DNA of 64,000 nucleotides, taken from Haplodiscus bocki. Taxonomy: Eukaryota. Under the pieces are notes generated by a model. It did not search any database and had not been told where the DNA came from. It saw only the letters and a program-made list of their open reading frames with translations. Positions 49,201-60,400 of this stretch are shown here, piece by piece. The stretch lies in contig OZ296651.1 of NCBI GenBank assembly GCA_965655095.1, positions 4,402,001 to 4,466,000 on the forward strand, given 5' to 3'. A program made the position numbers and the translations under genes. Numbering within the stretch: the first letter of the stretch is position 1; each line of letters opens with the position of its first letter.

Positions 49201-52200
49201 CCAGTTTTTCAACCAAGATACAGAAGTTATAAGCCCGTCGGGAGTCCGTTTCACTTATACCTTCACAGCAGTGACCATGCTTTTTGAGAACTGTGAGTTT
49301 GGTGGTTATCCTCCGATAGCAAGCGCATTTGTCAAAGACTGGGGGACGTTGGGCAGCTCAAAGAACTACTTTAGGAATGAACCCCAAACATTCCGGATAA
49401 GGCCCTAACTTTTGTCAATGACGTTACCACTAGACCATGGTAGGCAAAATTAGAACGGTTGTTAAATGTATATGTTCTTGTTAAATGAGTCGGTGATGCA
49501 AAAAAAAGCTTAGCGTAAGTGCGTATATGCCTATATCGCGAAAATGTACTCAACGCAAAAGTTGTGTTTGAAATTGTGCAGAATGCGAAAAATATACTCA
49601 ACGTAAAAATTGTGTTTGGAAATGTGCTGAATGCGAAAATATACGCGAGAATATACTCAACGTAAAAAAAAATGAGTTGGAAGTTGGGGTCAAAAAAAAT
49701 TGATTATGGGCGTATCTATAATGTTTTCGTTTTTTTTTGGCTCCGAAAATTTTCTGTCTTCGCGGGTCTGTATTTATAATGCGGATTATGTCTCTGCTTA
49801 TATTTTACTCCTTCGAAGTTGTTTCGGAATGACGAATTTACACTCTTCAATACGAAATGTAAAATTTCGCAGTCTTAATAGATTAAAGGATTGTCGGTAG
49901 GTTACCAGAAGCTCGCATGGTTTGCAACAGACCAAAGGTAACTATAGTTTTGAGATCTGTCACATTGCAACAGAGTGAACAACTTGCTTTTGTTGATGTC
50001 ACCGCGTTATTGACATTGGTTCCTTTGGTCGAAAGTGAGAACATCCGAGTTTTTAGAGAGATCAGGTGCTTTGCAAAATCTTCTCAGGAAGCTGGTGAAA
50101 AACTTTTGCTATTAGCTTGTGGAAATGTTTGCATATCGACGCCCAGCGAATACTAGACAACGTGATGGTTTCGCTTTGAGATCTCCCGTAGTACCTTTCC
50201 CTGCTGATATCCTAATGAGCCAGCTCATTGATCAAGTTCGTGGAATTGCAGGTGGTATCGTTTTAAAGAGTTACGTTTACGACATTCTACTATCGACTGA
50301 ACCTCGAAAGATGGCGTAGTTACTCGCCTTTGCGAACAATTTACATCCAAAATCTTTTTTCACTCTCGGATCTCGGAAATGAAACTGATCCATCAATTGC
50401 TTTATTCGCTCTGCGAATCACTATATTGTCTGATAGACTAAAAGTTGCCTGGTATCGAAAGAACACCAATGCAAATGTGATATTCTACTTCCACTTATCG
50501 CACTGGTGCAGTACAAGCATTCAATTGTTCGAAGACTTGTCCACCGTCTCTTTATTTTTATTTTCTTGGAAATTTTTCAACAAGGACTCAAGGCAGCAAA
50601 AGCAATGTTTGAAACCAATCAGTATCCTGCATCATTTTACAGCAATCTTATCCGCGATATACTGAAGAGACTTTTGAACCTCAACGAAAACACTGAATGC
50701 AAAGAGGTGAAAGATGGAATGACAAAAATGTTTTTTTTCAACAGTATCGTGGTTGCGTATCAAATGAGTCGAAATCGTAAATTTAGAAAATCGACGGAAT
50801 TGCGAAATTGAAAGTGATTTTCTACTACTCGCAAGCCAAGAACAGTTCTACAGGGCGTTAAAATGTCCGTTCTAACGCATAAAAGTTTGTTTTGTGTACA
50901 GGGCTACTTGTCCTGGGTGCGATTCACGCCAGTGTGGCAGCGTCAGTTGGGAAACGTTTCTCAGGCCCAGGTGAAGATCTGCTGGCAAACACCAAGGAAC
51001 AACCGCAAATTTGTTGTCGAAGCTATTCCTATTGCTAAATTGAAACCGGCAGTAAAAAGCCAGGAGGAATTTAGGCGATGTCACTCGGCGATGCATTTTT
51101 TCGCATTCTGACAAAAGAAAAATGTGTTTTTGAAACCGGCCTTTGCAGTTTTTTTCAATCCTGAATACTGGCCAAATTTTAATCCTGAGTACTGCTTTTT
51201 GTGACGTCATCAGAGCGTCTAGCCATCTAATGTGAAAGATCAATAGGGCTCTTTTCGAAGCATCTTGGCGGGTACTTGTTTTGTTTCCGCGTTCTGAAAA
51301 GTCCAAAATTTTTGAACATTGGTCTGAAAAAGGAACAACAGCCCTCTGAAAGGTATTGTTTATTATAACAATATTTTAAATATGGGCAGTGTATGAGGTG
51401 TTTCCAAAAATTTTTGCTCGTAAAAATTTCGAGCTCCCACAAAGTTTATTTGTAAACAAGACATCGGAGATGAAGAAACTTTTGAAGTTGTTTTGACATC
51501 TTTTTGACTAAAAGAAGCCATTCAGAGAGCTAGAAATTTTTACATGTAACATTTTTAGGGCACCTACTATCGCCCATATTTTAGCAATATTTACTGTGTA
51601 AATCCTAAAAAATACTGGGCCGCGAAACGGCAAATCTAAAAGGACATTATTGACAGATCAACTTTTCGACTATCAGACACTGAGACAGATTCTTATCTCA
51701 TTTCGACCTTTTCATAGACATCTGGTGTAGTATTTCTAAAAGTGCAATTTCATACTCAGGACCTCAATCTATCAATTACATCTTTGATTTCAACCGACAA
51801 GTCAGAATGTGTTGCGATGTTCCGCTTTGCCTCTGTGTTGATTTTCGGAAAGCGTTTGATGTACCATTATTGTATTCGTGTTTGTACTCACTTGGCTGGC
51901 TCCTAGATACAATTTTATTTTTACTACTGAACTGAAGATGATGCTATGAGCATCGAAACATGATGTTTTAATTCATATTTTGTAATGATGGATGGAGTCA
52001 TAATTATTCTGATTTCCAGGAGCCGCCAGATTGGACTGCAATTTTGCATCATTTCCGAGGTTCCGAGCTACAAAACTATTTCACACGTATCTTGGAAGAT
52101 GACTTGAAGGCTATCATCAAACCGCAGTACGTGGATCAGATTCCGAAAGCAGTGAAGGGGACAGTTCAGGCAGTGTTGGAGAGGAAAAACGAGACCAACA

Positions 52201-55200
52201 GACTGGAAGAGTTTGCAGATCAATTGGAATTGAATCACGTGTTTGATCATAACATCGGAGATCTCTCTGGAGGAGAGTTGCAAAGATTCGCCATTGCTGT
52301 CGTGTGTATTCAGAAAGCTGACATGTAAGGCTTGCTAATCTTACCATTTTACATTTCTTCTTCAAAATGAAATGGGAAAGGAAGTCAGATGGTTGAACAT
52401 GTACGAAACAATATATTTTTTTTTGAGTCGCACAGAAGGAAACGATAAATTACGCAAACTTGCAAGTGGGTATAGCTGGCTGAAGTAAATTGCTTGGGGC
52501 TAGTTAGGCTTTGGTTACTTTTTTCAACGAACCGTCCCATTGAAATTCTGGTTAAAAACTTGGCGAATTATATAATTTATATCAAAAAGATGGTAATTAG
52601 TTGGGTCTGGTCGCGGATCCATTTCCAAAACTAATTCATTTTGAATTGCAATTTCGCCCTCGTCTAGTTTCAGTCTATGGAAAGATTGTCTTGCATAGCT
52701 TTCTTCATGCCATCTATGTTATGTTTAGTTTCATGTTTGACGAGCCCTCAAGTTATCTGGACGTGAAACAGAGATTGAAAGCTGCAACGGCCATCAGAGC
52801 TGTTCTTGAATCCCACAAGTAAGAATGGCGTCTTCAATTCCAACCAATGAGAACCAAAATGAATGTTTGTTTGGTATGACGCGTTTGTTTTTGATTGGCC
52901 AGGTATGTGGTTGTTGTGGAGCACGATTTGAGCGTGTTGGATTACCTATCAGACTTCATTTGTGTTTTGTACGGACACCCTGGCGCTTATGGTGTCGTCA
53001 CTCTTCCATTCTCAGTGCGAGAAGGTTAGATATACAATGGGCATCTTTTAATCAGTTGTGAGTTGACTAGACCCTAGACAACTTTTTTACGTCTTCTAGA
53101 TTTTCAGTAGAATGATGTCAATTGACTGGGAGTGTTTTTCAGGTATTAACGTATTTCTGGACGGGTTTGTGCCAACAGAGAATTTAAGATTCAGGGAGAG
53201 TTCATTGCAGTTCAAAATCAGCGAGACAGCTGAGAGAGACAGTGACTTGAAACAGATGCGAAGATATCATTACGGCAACATGATGAAGAAATTGGGAGGT
53301 AGATAGTCATTAAATGTCTTCCTTCTTCTGTTACTTGAGTTTAGCAGCCCATCATTGACAACTTTCAGGCTCTCAAGTGGTTTTCAATTTAGTTGAAACA
53401 TTACAAAAACCAGTGTCAAATTTTTGAACGACGACATTTCAGAAAATGTTCCGGGAATATTCCTGCAGCTTTGTTGAGAAATTCATTTGGTTTCATGAAT
53501 TAGCCAAATTAGTCTAACTTTGCACTGATTTGAAATGTGTATGAGTGTATTTTGGACTGAATTTTTGGAAGATTTAATCAGGTCACACATATTCTGAACT
53601 CATGTTCGAATTGTTTTGCAGAATTCGAGTTGAGCATCGAAAGCGGACAATTCACAGACAGCGAAATTGTTGTAATGATGGGTGAAAATGGAACTGGAAA
53701 AACTACCTTCATCCGGCTACTTGCTGGTCGCCTGGAACCAGATGAGGGTGACGCAGTTCCAGCGTTGAACGTCAGCTTCAAGCCACAAAAGATCAGTCCA
53801 AAATCCGAAGGAACTGTCCGGTTACTTTTACACGAACGAATCAGAGATGCTTACATACATCCACAATTCGTTTCTGACGTCATGAAGCCCCTAGATATTG
53901 AAAACATCATTGACCAAGAATTGCAGAACCTCTCAGGAGGTGAACTGCAACGTGTTGCGCTTACTCTATGTTTGGGTAAACCCGCAGATGTGTTTCTAAT
54001 CGACGAACCCAGCGCTTACTTGGACTCAGAACAACGTATCATGGCTGCCAAAGTCATCAAGCGGTTTATCTTGCACTCAAAGAAAACGGCATTTGTGGTC
54101 GAACACGATTTCATCATGGCTACATATCTAGCCGATAGAGTCATAGTGTTTGAGGGTCAACCCGGGATCAAGACGAAAGCATTAGCGTGAGTGTTAATGT
54201 TTAAGGACGTGATCATGGTTTTATGCATCCTGCTTCGGCATCCTGAAACTAAGTTACTTTCTGGTAAAATTATAAAATTAAAGCAAGATATCTACATGTT
54301 TTGCTCAAGTTCGTGTCATGAGTCAAATTCTCAACACTTAGAAACATTTTGTCAAAATAGTTTTCTTAGGAACAACGTGTGCACGTCAAATAAAAAGCGC
54401 CTTCAGTCCAAGATTCGTCCCGAAGGCTATGAAGTTTATAGTTGATGAAATCGATTTGATTTTTAGGCATCAAGTGAAGCTTAATACTTTTTTATTTTAT
54501 GGGTTTACGTTTTTGCAAACGCGCCGTGATTGACTTATTGAGCGAGGCTGAGTGGTAGTGTTCCATATACAGCTGTTTCTTCGACTATTCAAAAGCATTC
54601 GACAAAGTGCAACACAACATACTCTTTGAGATTCTCTCAGAATTGGTGATAACCGACAAGGATCTAGGACTGATACAGAACGTATTTTTTGCTAGGTTTT
54701 TGTTAAAGTAGACAAATGTACGGTCAAAAAAATTCGCAGACGATTGCGCCAAGAATATAAGCTCTAACCTTACCGGTTATCGCTGTACCGGTAAGGTTAG
54801 AGCTTATATTCTTGGCGCAATCGTCTGCGAATTTTTTTGACCGTACATTTGTACTTGAAAGAAGCTGATAACCAGAATGGCATAGTCGTTGGCGGTATGA
54901 ATCTTGATATGGCACACAAAGAAAAAAAGTGATAGTGAAGCACAGTTCTTAGTTAATTTTATTCGTTCTTCGCTTCCTGAACGGACCTCGTTGTTTACTC
55001 TCTCGATTTCAAGTACTTGTGCTAATTGATGTTCTCAAATATCAATTTTTTTCTCAAATTTGTCAACTAAATTCTTATCACATTTTCCGCTGTTTCAAAA
55101 TGATGAATATTTATCGCGTGGAAAAATTGTCGACTATCAAAGCGTCGAAAAATGCACATTATTCAAAGCGTTGAAATTTTCAAATTATGAGACGTTTTGA

Positions 55201-56413
55201 AATGCTCGAAGCAATGGGAGTTTTTGAATTCGCCCAGTTCATACTTTTTCTTCGCGAATCGATGTGATGTATTCCAATCTTTTGTCAATGTTCTAAGTCC
55301 TTAGCGCTTAATGCCTGGCATCCTTGATGCCTCTATTTTTACATAAGCCGTTGGTTTCAGCCTTGGCGTTTTCCTGAACCAGTACCTTTTTCTGAAATAT
55401 TGCTGTCAGCTGTTTTTTTGAAATTTGCAAAACAATATATTTTCGAAGTTTTGCGAAAGATGTGAGTATCATGTCTCGAGTTGCCTCGCAAGTGTCGCAT
55501 CTCGTTAAAAACGCATTACAGGCAGAATGTATGTCTCATCTGGAAACTTCTGTTATATAGATTTCATATCGGTTGATTTGTTCTTTTTCAGACCGAAGAG
55601 TCTTCTTGTTGGAATGAATCAGTTCTTGAAATCTCTCAACATCACATTCCGAAGAGATCCAAACAACTACAGACCCAGAATCAATAAACTAAACTCCGTC
55701 AAGGTCAGCAGCCATTTCTTAGAATGTATATATACAGTCAAAACCGAAGCAGGAATGATATAGCGTAGAATCGAACACCAAAAACAGATTTTCAGAGGTG
55801 AATTTCTCGGAGCACTGTGAGTTTCTTGCGAAACGTCTGCTACAAATGTTTCTTCTAGTTTACATTGTTTTTGTTTGACATCTGTGTGACTACTATCACA
55901 AAAGTTTGAAATGTGGATATTCCTAATTTTGCTTTTTTGAACTTTGCCTCAATATGCGAAGATTGACTCAAAATTTCTAAAACTTTCAGGAAATTTTTTG
56001 TAGTTTTGGGTATTTTTTTTCTCGGAAGTTTTTACTTCTAAATTCTTATAAGAAGCTTTATAGCGCTTAATGCCTAGCATCCTTGATGCCTATATTTTTT
56101 AAATACATTTTTACATAATGCTCGTCATGGTCGAAAAGCGACAAAAGGTAGAATGCGACAACTTGGCTGAGGTAGTTTAGCTATTTTTTGGCGAAAGTTT
56201 CCTTGGTTATTACAAAAATCTGTCGTACTGCCAGTTGTGGTCAGCATTTGTTGAGCTGCTGAAGCACCTCTTCGTTAATTGTAGGGGCCGTTGCGTCATA
56301 CGTGCAAGCTGTGCAAATACCGATTGAGATTCGTTCGTTTAACTTGTTAACAATGTTTCCAGGATTCGGATCAGAAAGCTAAGGGCCAATACTTTTTCAT
56401 CGAGGAATTGTAG
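28165..56413 (+). CDS. ABCE1: ABCE1/RLI1 ribosome-recycling ABC ATPase (Fe-S domain + two NBDs), 609 aa; exons 28165-28291, 46019-46104, 46177-46274, 46356-46473, 52020-52324, 52729-52818, 52903-53024, 53143-53298, 53622-54186, 55592-55703, 56363-56413
   Basis: Manual splicing gives 1830 nt in one frame with phase-consistent GT-AG introns. Motifs: Fe-S cysteines [25 protein letters not shown] and [14 protein letters not shown]; Walker A GTNGIGKS and GENGTGKT; two LSGGELQR signatures; Walker B FMFDE and FLIDE; two EHD H-loops; hinge [15 protein letters not shown]; C-terminus [16 protein letters not shown]. Confidence 0.97.
29227..29465. repeat. Left terminal inverted repeat of the Maverick
   Basis: agttgtttgttgttacaggagtccgtcaaatcgatgggg aligns with the reverse complement of the right end, agtagtttgttgctatatgagtccgtcaaatcaatgggg; similarity continues through two B-box motifs. 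Confidence 0.85.
29287..29372 (-). ncRNA. tRNA-like Pol III unit (outer, left TIR)
   Basis: A box TGGCCAAATGG (29356-29366), B box GGTTCAAATCT (29305-29315), T5 terminator (29287-29291), all on the minus strand. Confidence 0.55.
29441..29520 (-). ncRNA. tRNA-Ser(TGA)-like Pol III unit (inner, left TIR), degenerate
   Basis: GGTGCCGCGGCCAAGTGGTT...GATTTGAAC...GGGTTCGAATCTGGGGTAC; A box 29503-29513, B box 29450-29460. Confidence 0.55.
29586..29878 (+). pseudogene. Secreted EGF/TGF-alpha-like growth factor pseudogene inside the Maverick
   Basis: Hydrophobic leader [29 protein letters not shown]; after two frameshifts [13 protein letters not shown] / (S for C)[29 protein letters not shown]. Confidence 0.75.
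30520..30900 (-). pseudogene. XPG/PIN-like nuclease fragment (Academ-like) nested in the Maverick
   Basis: Minus strand reads LEAHEEADQ, later [10 protein letters not shown], resembling the HEEAD and DTD motifs. Confidence 0.35.
31100..31420 (-). pseudogene. Adenain-like cysteine protease remnant (Maverick PRO)
   Basis: [24 protein letters not shown] resembles the Q...S.CG.YC..F catalytic-cysteine region, degenerate. Confidence 0.4.
31850..32500 (+). pseudogene. A32/FtsK-like packaging ATPase remnant (Maverick)
   Basis: Walker A-like VGVGVSGKM; [13 protein letters not shown]; RIAVGGRH; [17 protein letters not shown]; frameshifted. Confidence 0.75.
33870..34720 (+). pseudogene. Maverick rve (retroviral-like) integrase remnant
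   Basis: Y..G.A..GS N-terminus; FPRL; SRVNRV; [33 protein letters not shown]-terminal motif. Confidence 0.8.
34725..35390 (+). pseudogene. Maverick minor capsid (penton/PX) remnant
   Basis: Starts MDEFSIYL directly after the integrase; ends [15 protein letters not shown]...[11 protein letters not shown]. Confidence 0.6.
35520..35860 (+). pseudogene. Maverick major capsid (hexon/PY) N-terminal remnant, truncated
   Basis: [21 protein letters not shown]; DIKCKL; [18 protein letters not shown]. Confidence 0.65.
36070..37660 (+). pseudogene. Protein-primed DNA polymerase B remnant (C-terminal part)
   Basis: [24 protein letters not shown]; QDFPLAP; WLKP...[18 protein letters not shown]; FDDK C-terminal motif; many frameshifts. 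Confidence 0.85.
38478..39140 (+). repeat. Degenerate 84-bp tandem repeat (~8 copies) reading as a 28-aa repeat
   Basis: GATGC/GTTGC-like anchors at 38482, 38563, 38647, 38731, 38813, 38897, 38981, 39065; plus-strand ORFs repeat [20 protein letters not shown]. Confidence 0.85.
40868..41111. repeat. Right terminal inverted repeat of the Maverick
   Basis: Inverted partner of 29227-29465; ends in ACTACT followed by the AACATG TSD. Confidence 0.85.
40968..41058 (+). ncRNA. tRNA-like Pol III unit (outer, right TIR)
   Basis: TATAAAAA at 40951, stem-loop GACGGA-CTTGAACTT-TCCGTC, B box GGTTCGAATTC (41030-41040), TTTTT at 41054-41058; a second B box GGTTCGAATCC lies at 40872-40882. Confidence 0.55.
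46019..46104 (+). CDS. ABCE1: ABCE1 coding exon 2
   Basis: ctgactgtttaAG acceptor; [28 protein letters not shown]; donor GTAAGC. Confidence 0.95.
46177..46274 (+). CDS. ABCE1: ABCE1 coding exon 3
   Basis: ttccAG; [32 protein letters not shown]; donor GTTGTT. Confidence 0.95.
46356..46473 (+). CDS. ABCE1: ABCE1 coding exon 4 (Walker A of NBD1)
   Basis: ttgcAG; [39 protein letters not shown]; donor GTAATC. Confidence 0.95.
46860..49160 (-). mobile_element. Second, AT-rich Maverick/Polinton fragment (Zn-finger region and N-terminal pPolB) in ABCE1 intron 4
   Basis: LHPAK...DILKFEK...SIHVFEI; ADFE; [11 protein letters not shown]...[14 protein letters not shown]; GAAH..NL-like motif; CxxC-rich upstream part. 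Confidence 0.75.
49540..49670. repeat. ~48-bp tandem repeat, about 2.5 copies
   Basis: aaaat(g/a)tactcaacg(c/t)aaaa(g/a)ttgtgtttg...gaatgcg repeated. Confidence 0.8.
49910..51110 (+). mobile_element. Penelope-like element fragment (RT, degenerate GIY-YIG region)
   Basis: [14 protein letters not shown]; [12 protein letters not shown]...ADILMSQL; YVYDIL; WYRKNT; ETNQYPASF. Confidence 0.7.
52020..52324 (+). CDS. ABCE1: ABCE1 coding exon 5
   Basis: ttccAG; [21 protein letters not shown]...[20 protein letters not shown]; donor GTAAGG. Confidence 0.96.
52729..52818 (+). CDS. ABCE1: ABCE1 coding exon 6
   Basis: tttAG; [29 protein letters not shown]; donor GTAAGA. Confidence 0.95.
52903..53024 (+). 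CDS. ABCE1: ABCE1 coding exon 7
   Basis: ccAG; [40 protein letters not shown]; donor GTTAGA. Confidence 0.95.
53143..53298 (+). CDS. ABCE1: ABCE1 coding exon 8
   Basis: tttcAG; [30 protein letters not shown]...MMKKLG; donor GTAGAT. Confidence 0.95.
53622..54186 (+). CDS. ABCE1: ABCE1 coding exon 9 (NBD2)
   Basis: ttgcAG; [28 protein letters not shown]...[11 protein letters not shown]; donor GTGAGT. Confidence 0.97.
54712..54852. repeat. Perfect inverted repeat (66-bp arms, 9-nt spacer), foldback/MITE-like, in ABCE1 intron 9
   Basis: 54712-54777 is the exact reverse complement of 54787-54852. Confidence 0.95.
55592..55703 (+). CDS. ABCE1: ABCE1 coding exon 10
   Basis: tttcAG; [37 protein letters not shown]; donor GTCAGC. 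Confidence 0.95.
56363..56413 (+). CDS. ABCE1: ABCE1 last coding exon
   Basis: ttccAG; [16 protein letters not shown] then TAG at 56411-56413. Confidence 0.93.
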   Translation, partial: DSDQKAKGQYFFIEEL

Positions 56414-56700
56414 CACACACCTCCAACATTCAAGTGTTGTCTTCCGGCCAAGACAGCCGAAGTGGTGAATAGGTCAGTGACCTCTGTGAAGTGAATGACG
56501 TCATCAACATCTAGCAGCATCACAGTGGCCACCGGACAATCTCATTCCCGAACGAGGGGGGACAATTTTCCATGTTCTCAAATGAATGTTGCATTGAAAG
56601 CATATTCATGAGAATTCTTCCACATTGTCAACTCGGGAAATTGCATCGGCTTTCCAAAGCGATTTGGGGCTTAGAGTATTTGATATTGCATTTTGACTGT

Positions 56701-56706
56701 ATTAAA
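56701..56706 (+). terminator. Candidate ABCE1 polyadenylation signal ATTAAA
   Basis: ATTAAA about 290 nt after the stop codon, in AT-rich context. Confidence 0.4.
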
Positions 56707-57099
56707 TATTTAATGAAAGTATAGGGAATTCAAATAATCAAGTTGATGTGCTTTCTGGGATAAGAGAAATTTTGAAGCCATAAACTTTTTCACTTCTGAA
56801 ATCTTGAACAGCTAAATTAATTATCTTCGGATTTATGTCGTAAAAACGAAGAGAAGCACACAAAAAACCATGCTTTTCTTTTTCGAATGGTTTTAATCTG
56901 CGTTAATATGGAAGAAGGAGCCTGCGTAAAATTGTTCACAACTCAATGTGAATAGAATAGCTCAACTACTTGAAGTGCTTCTCGATGTGTTTTAATCAAA
57001 ATTTGAAATTAATTCTGTATCATTTTGGAAAGAAACGCTTTGTATCCAAAAAATGAGCGGGAGATTGAGCATTAACAAATTGAAGGCCTGTTGCCAGCG

Positions 57100-58300
57100 T
57101 CTCACATCACCACTCGTTCCTTACTTAGAAGTGTTAGTTTGGAATTCATCACCAAAAGCTTTTGTCATGCATCCTTGCTTACCGAGAATTTGAGGATGCC
57201 AGGGACATCAAAGACACCAACCGTAAGATTCTACTTTGAGTTGCGTATAATTAAAACTTTACGAAAAGCCAACAATACCGGGGTTTATGGCATATTCTGA
57301 GCCGTACGGGCATTTTAGTCTTCAGCTTTCTCAGTTTGTTATTTTCCGTTGATAAATAATTGTGAAGGCAAAATATTCAATTCAGTAATGGTTTTGTCTT
57401 CATTGCCTGAAACTGCCCATAACAAGCAGACTTCGTGTTGCAGAATTTGCCGATGTTTTCGTCTTGCCTCTAAAGGACGAAAAATCAATCTCGGGTAATT
57501 TGGTTGAAAGAATTTGTTATTTTCATTACGGGTGAATGCAGAAAACTCCAACGATAGACTTTTCTCCATATTCAAAAACGTAATACTCCAAATTTACCAA
57601 CTTGTTTTTCTCATCATGGTTTTCATCGGAGACTTTCTTCCTCCAATATGTGAAGGAATATTTAAATCACTGATTCTGTTCCTTGACTTGGTAGCCTGAT
57701 GGTTCAAAAATGCTAGAGCGTTCAGTGACTGAACGCTTTTCTCCATTTTCACAATAATCAAAAAAGACCCCTGTGATTTCATTTAAAATCTGTGACAGCT
57801 CTCCATTTTTAGCGACTTTAATTTTGAAGTCTCCCCATCTAAATCTGTGCATTTGAATCATGTGTGCCCGAATACACCAGTAGATGGAAATATCAAAGAT
57901 TTCTGTAGTCAAAACTTTTTTGCATCTCAACTAGGGGCTTGAGTTCTTCCATCAATATCTCAATTAACAGGACAAGTCAATCTTGATAGGACCAACAAGG
58001 CAAAAAAATGCGAGTATTAAAGGTTATTCTTAATATCTTCGAAATGATTTTTCCGAAACTACCAGCTTGATTACGTCAATTGAAGTTTTATTCGACAACC
58101 TTCAACTTTTAGAGATTTTAGAACAATAGTGTCATCGATCCCGTTCTGTGCATCGGAAATTTGACTGTGCGATAATGCTCAAAAGTGCAATAAGTAATTT
58201 TCTCTTTCTTCAAAATCACCAGTTCTTTAAAACCACACGCTTCGTTTCGTTCTCCAAACTGTCAAACAACATCGCTCCGTGTAAAGGTTAGATTGTTCCT
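57100..58300 (-). mobile_element. Crypton-like tyrosine-recombinase remnant
   Basis: HRFRWGDFKIKVAKNGE resembles the DUF3504-type WGD motif; AVSGNED resembles the catalytic SGH region. Confidence 0.4.
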
Positions 58301-59809
58301 GAATTACATCGGAATCCCGAGGGCAAAATATTGCGAGAAAATTTCATAGGGAACTGTTTCTGGGGCTATTCAAAATTAACTACCGTCAAAAAACGCTGGG
58401 AATTCGTTTTTTGGATCGCTATCGACATCCTTTTTCCTGAACTGTTGGCGAAAACTTACCATTTTTGACATTTCTCTGGGAATCCTGATAGGCCGAAAGT
58501 GACAACAGGTGCAATTACCAAATATTTTTCTGGGTTTTCAAAATTATTCTTATCGATAACTACAGACTTGATTTCATGCATCAAGGTCTCAATCTCATGA
58601 TTTCTATGTTTAGGAAGCTTCCAAAAATTACAACCAGCTTTTCCTTTTCTTGCATCGAAACGTTCATGGGGCTAACCTGAAGAAATGTATTTAGTAAATC
58701 TTTCTCTTCCTTCGTTCAAAACTCATTTTGCGTAAAAATTCCAGTTCGATTTTTCTCGAAACTGATTCGGCAAAATTCTCTTCGATGAAACCATTAATTA
58801 AAGAAACCATTGATTTGTCTAATGCATAGCAATTTCGATAAAGCGTCTTGCAAAATCATTCAGAGAGCTCTGATTTTCTGCAAAGTTCAAGTACAGTTCT
58901 CACCAAAATAAAACACTGGAAAACTTTTGAGTTTCATTCTCATTTCAAATTAGTTTTCGCAAATCTAATGATTATTTTTTTGGCTGCATGTGATTTTCGA
59001 AGGGGCAAATTTACCCAACAAGCATATAGTAAAAGTTTTGTCGATTGTCAAACTCATGAAATTGCGAAAAAAATCATTCGGGCTGTTTTTTTTCAGGTTA
59101 TTAACAATCGACAGTTTCCAATTTGTTGAAGATCATTTGATAAAAATTGGTCAACTTTTCTGTAAATTGGATATCATATTTCTCCATAGTTTGAAGAAAA
59201 GTATATATTAAACATTTTTGTTCATTTTTGAAGGTATTTGCTCGAAAATTGGGTTGATTTCACCAGAATGGTCCGACTCGAAGTTTCTTTAGAGAAACAT
59301 TTCCTTGCGTAAGGTTGTCACTTCTTGGCCGTGCGTGGAATGCTGATTTAAAGAAACTCTCCCAAAAAAGCCAATCAGTGTAAATGGGATAGCGTTTTTC
59401 TGAATTCCAGAATAATCTCTCAGCAGAACTATCTTGTTTTTTTTTCAAAGAGGGATTTTTTGACAGCTTTTTGTAAAAAATATTAGGAGGCAGAGGAAAA
59501 AAATTATTTTTTTTGGTTCGAAACCCGATAGCCTGAGACTTTCAGAAAGTATTTTTAACGTTTTCCAAACAGTTTTTTTGTAACTTCTTGTCAAAGCAAT
59601 TTGATGTTTATTCTATTGCTTACTTGTGCGCTTTTTTGACACAAAAAATCGCATTGCTACTGGTCATCTTGTTGGGTTTGCAAATGATATATCAAAGGTT
59701 GTCTTTTTTTGTCACAAAATTCTCTCCATTCAGTCGAGACAAATTGAGAAATCGAAATTTTACCAGGGACTATAGATTGAATTTTGGAGGAGAGACTGGT
59801 ATTTTTCCC

Positions 59810-60400
59810 CAAAAGAATCAGCCAATTACTCTTGAGAACAATGACTAACGTCTATAGCTGCAGTTGTTGGGGAAGATTTGAATATCGAGAAATGTCTTTA
59901 ATGGTAGCACTTTTGCCACTTTCGGCCTACCTAGAATCCTAACCGAAAATAAGAGACAACACTCAATATTAAGTGGAAGAATGGCCCTCCTCAAGTAAAA
60001 AGCTATGTGCTGAGACCTTGATGGAAAAAAAGCAGAAATAGTTGAAAAATTGTGAGTGTGGTTATCGAGATATGTCAAGATTAGTAGCACTACCTGACAT
60101 TCTGGGTCTATCAAGTTTCCACTGCATGGACAAAAATCAGGGATTGTTCAAATTGGTATAAGTCTCCATAAAAAGAAAGGTGTAGGTGCAAATCTTGATA
60201 TCAAAATATTCTCAATAGTTAGAGATTTTTGAGCTTCAAATTTAATAAGTTCCATAATAGGCTACACTAATAGTTTTTTTTCAAAAAATGAGTGTCAAGA
60301 TTCATCTGCAACGAATAAAATTCATTTTATGGAAAATTCCTCATTACTTGCAATGCTGCCGATGCAGACGCTAGTGAATAAAATGGGGCAGGTGGTTAGG
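59810..60400 (-). mobile_element. Academ-like XPG-nuclease remnant
   Basis: DPECQVVLLIL...ISAFF and NLPQQ/PTTAAIDV resembling the GCD..SAF and LPPT motifs; very degenerate. Confidence 0.25.

Noticed and set aside
53630-54190. Stand-alone 186-aa ABC ATPase gene
   Set aside because: It is ABCE1 exon 9; the apparent TGA stop overlaps the GTGAGT donor.
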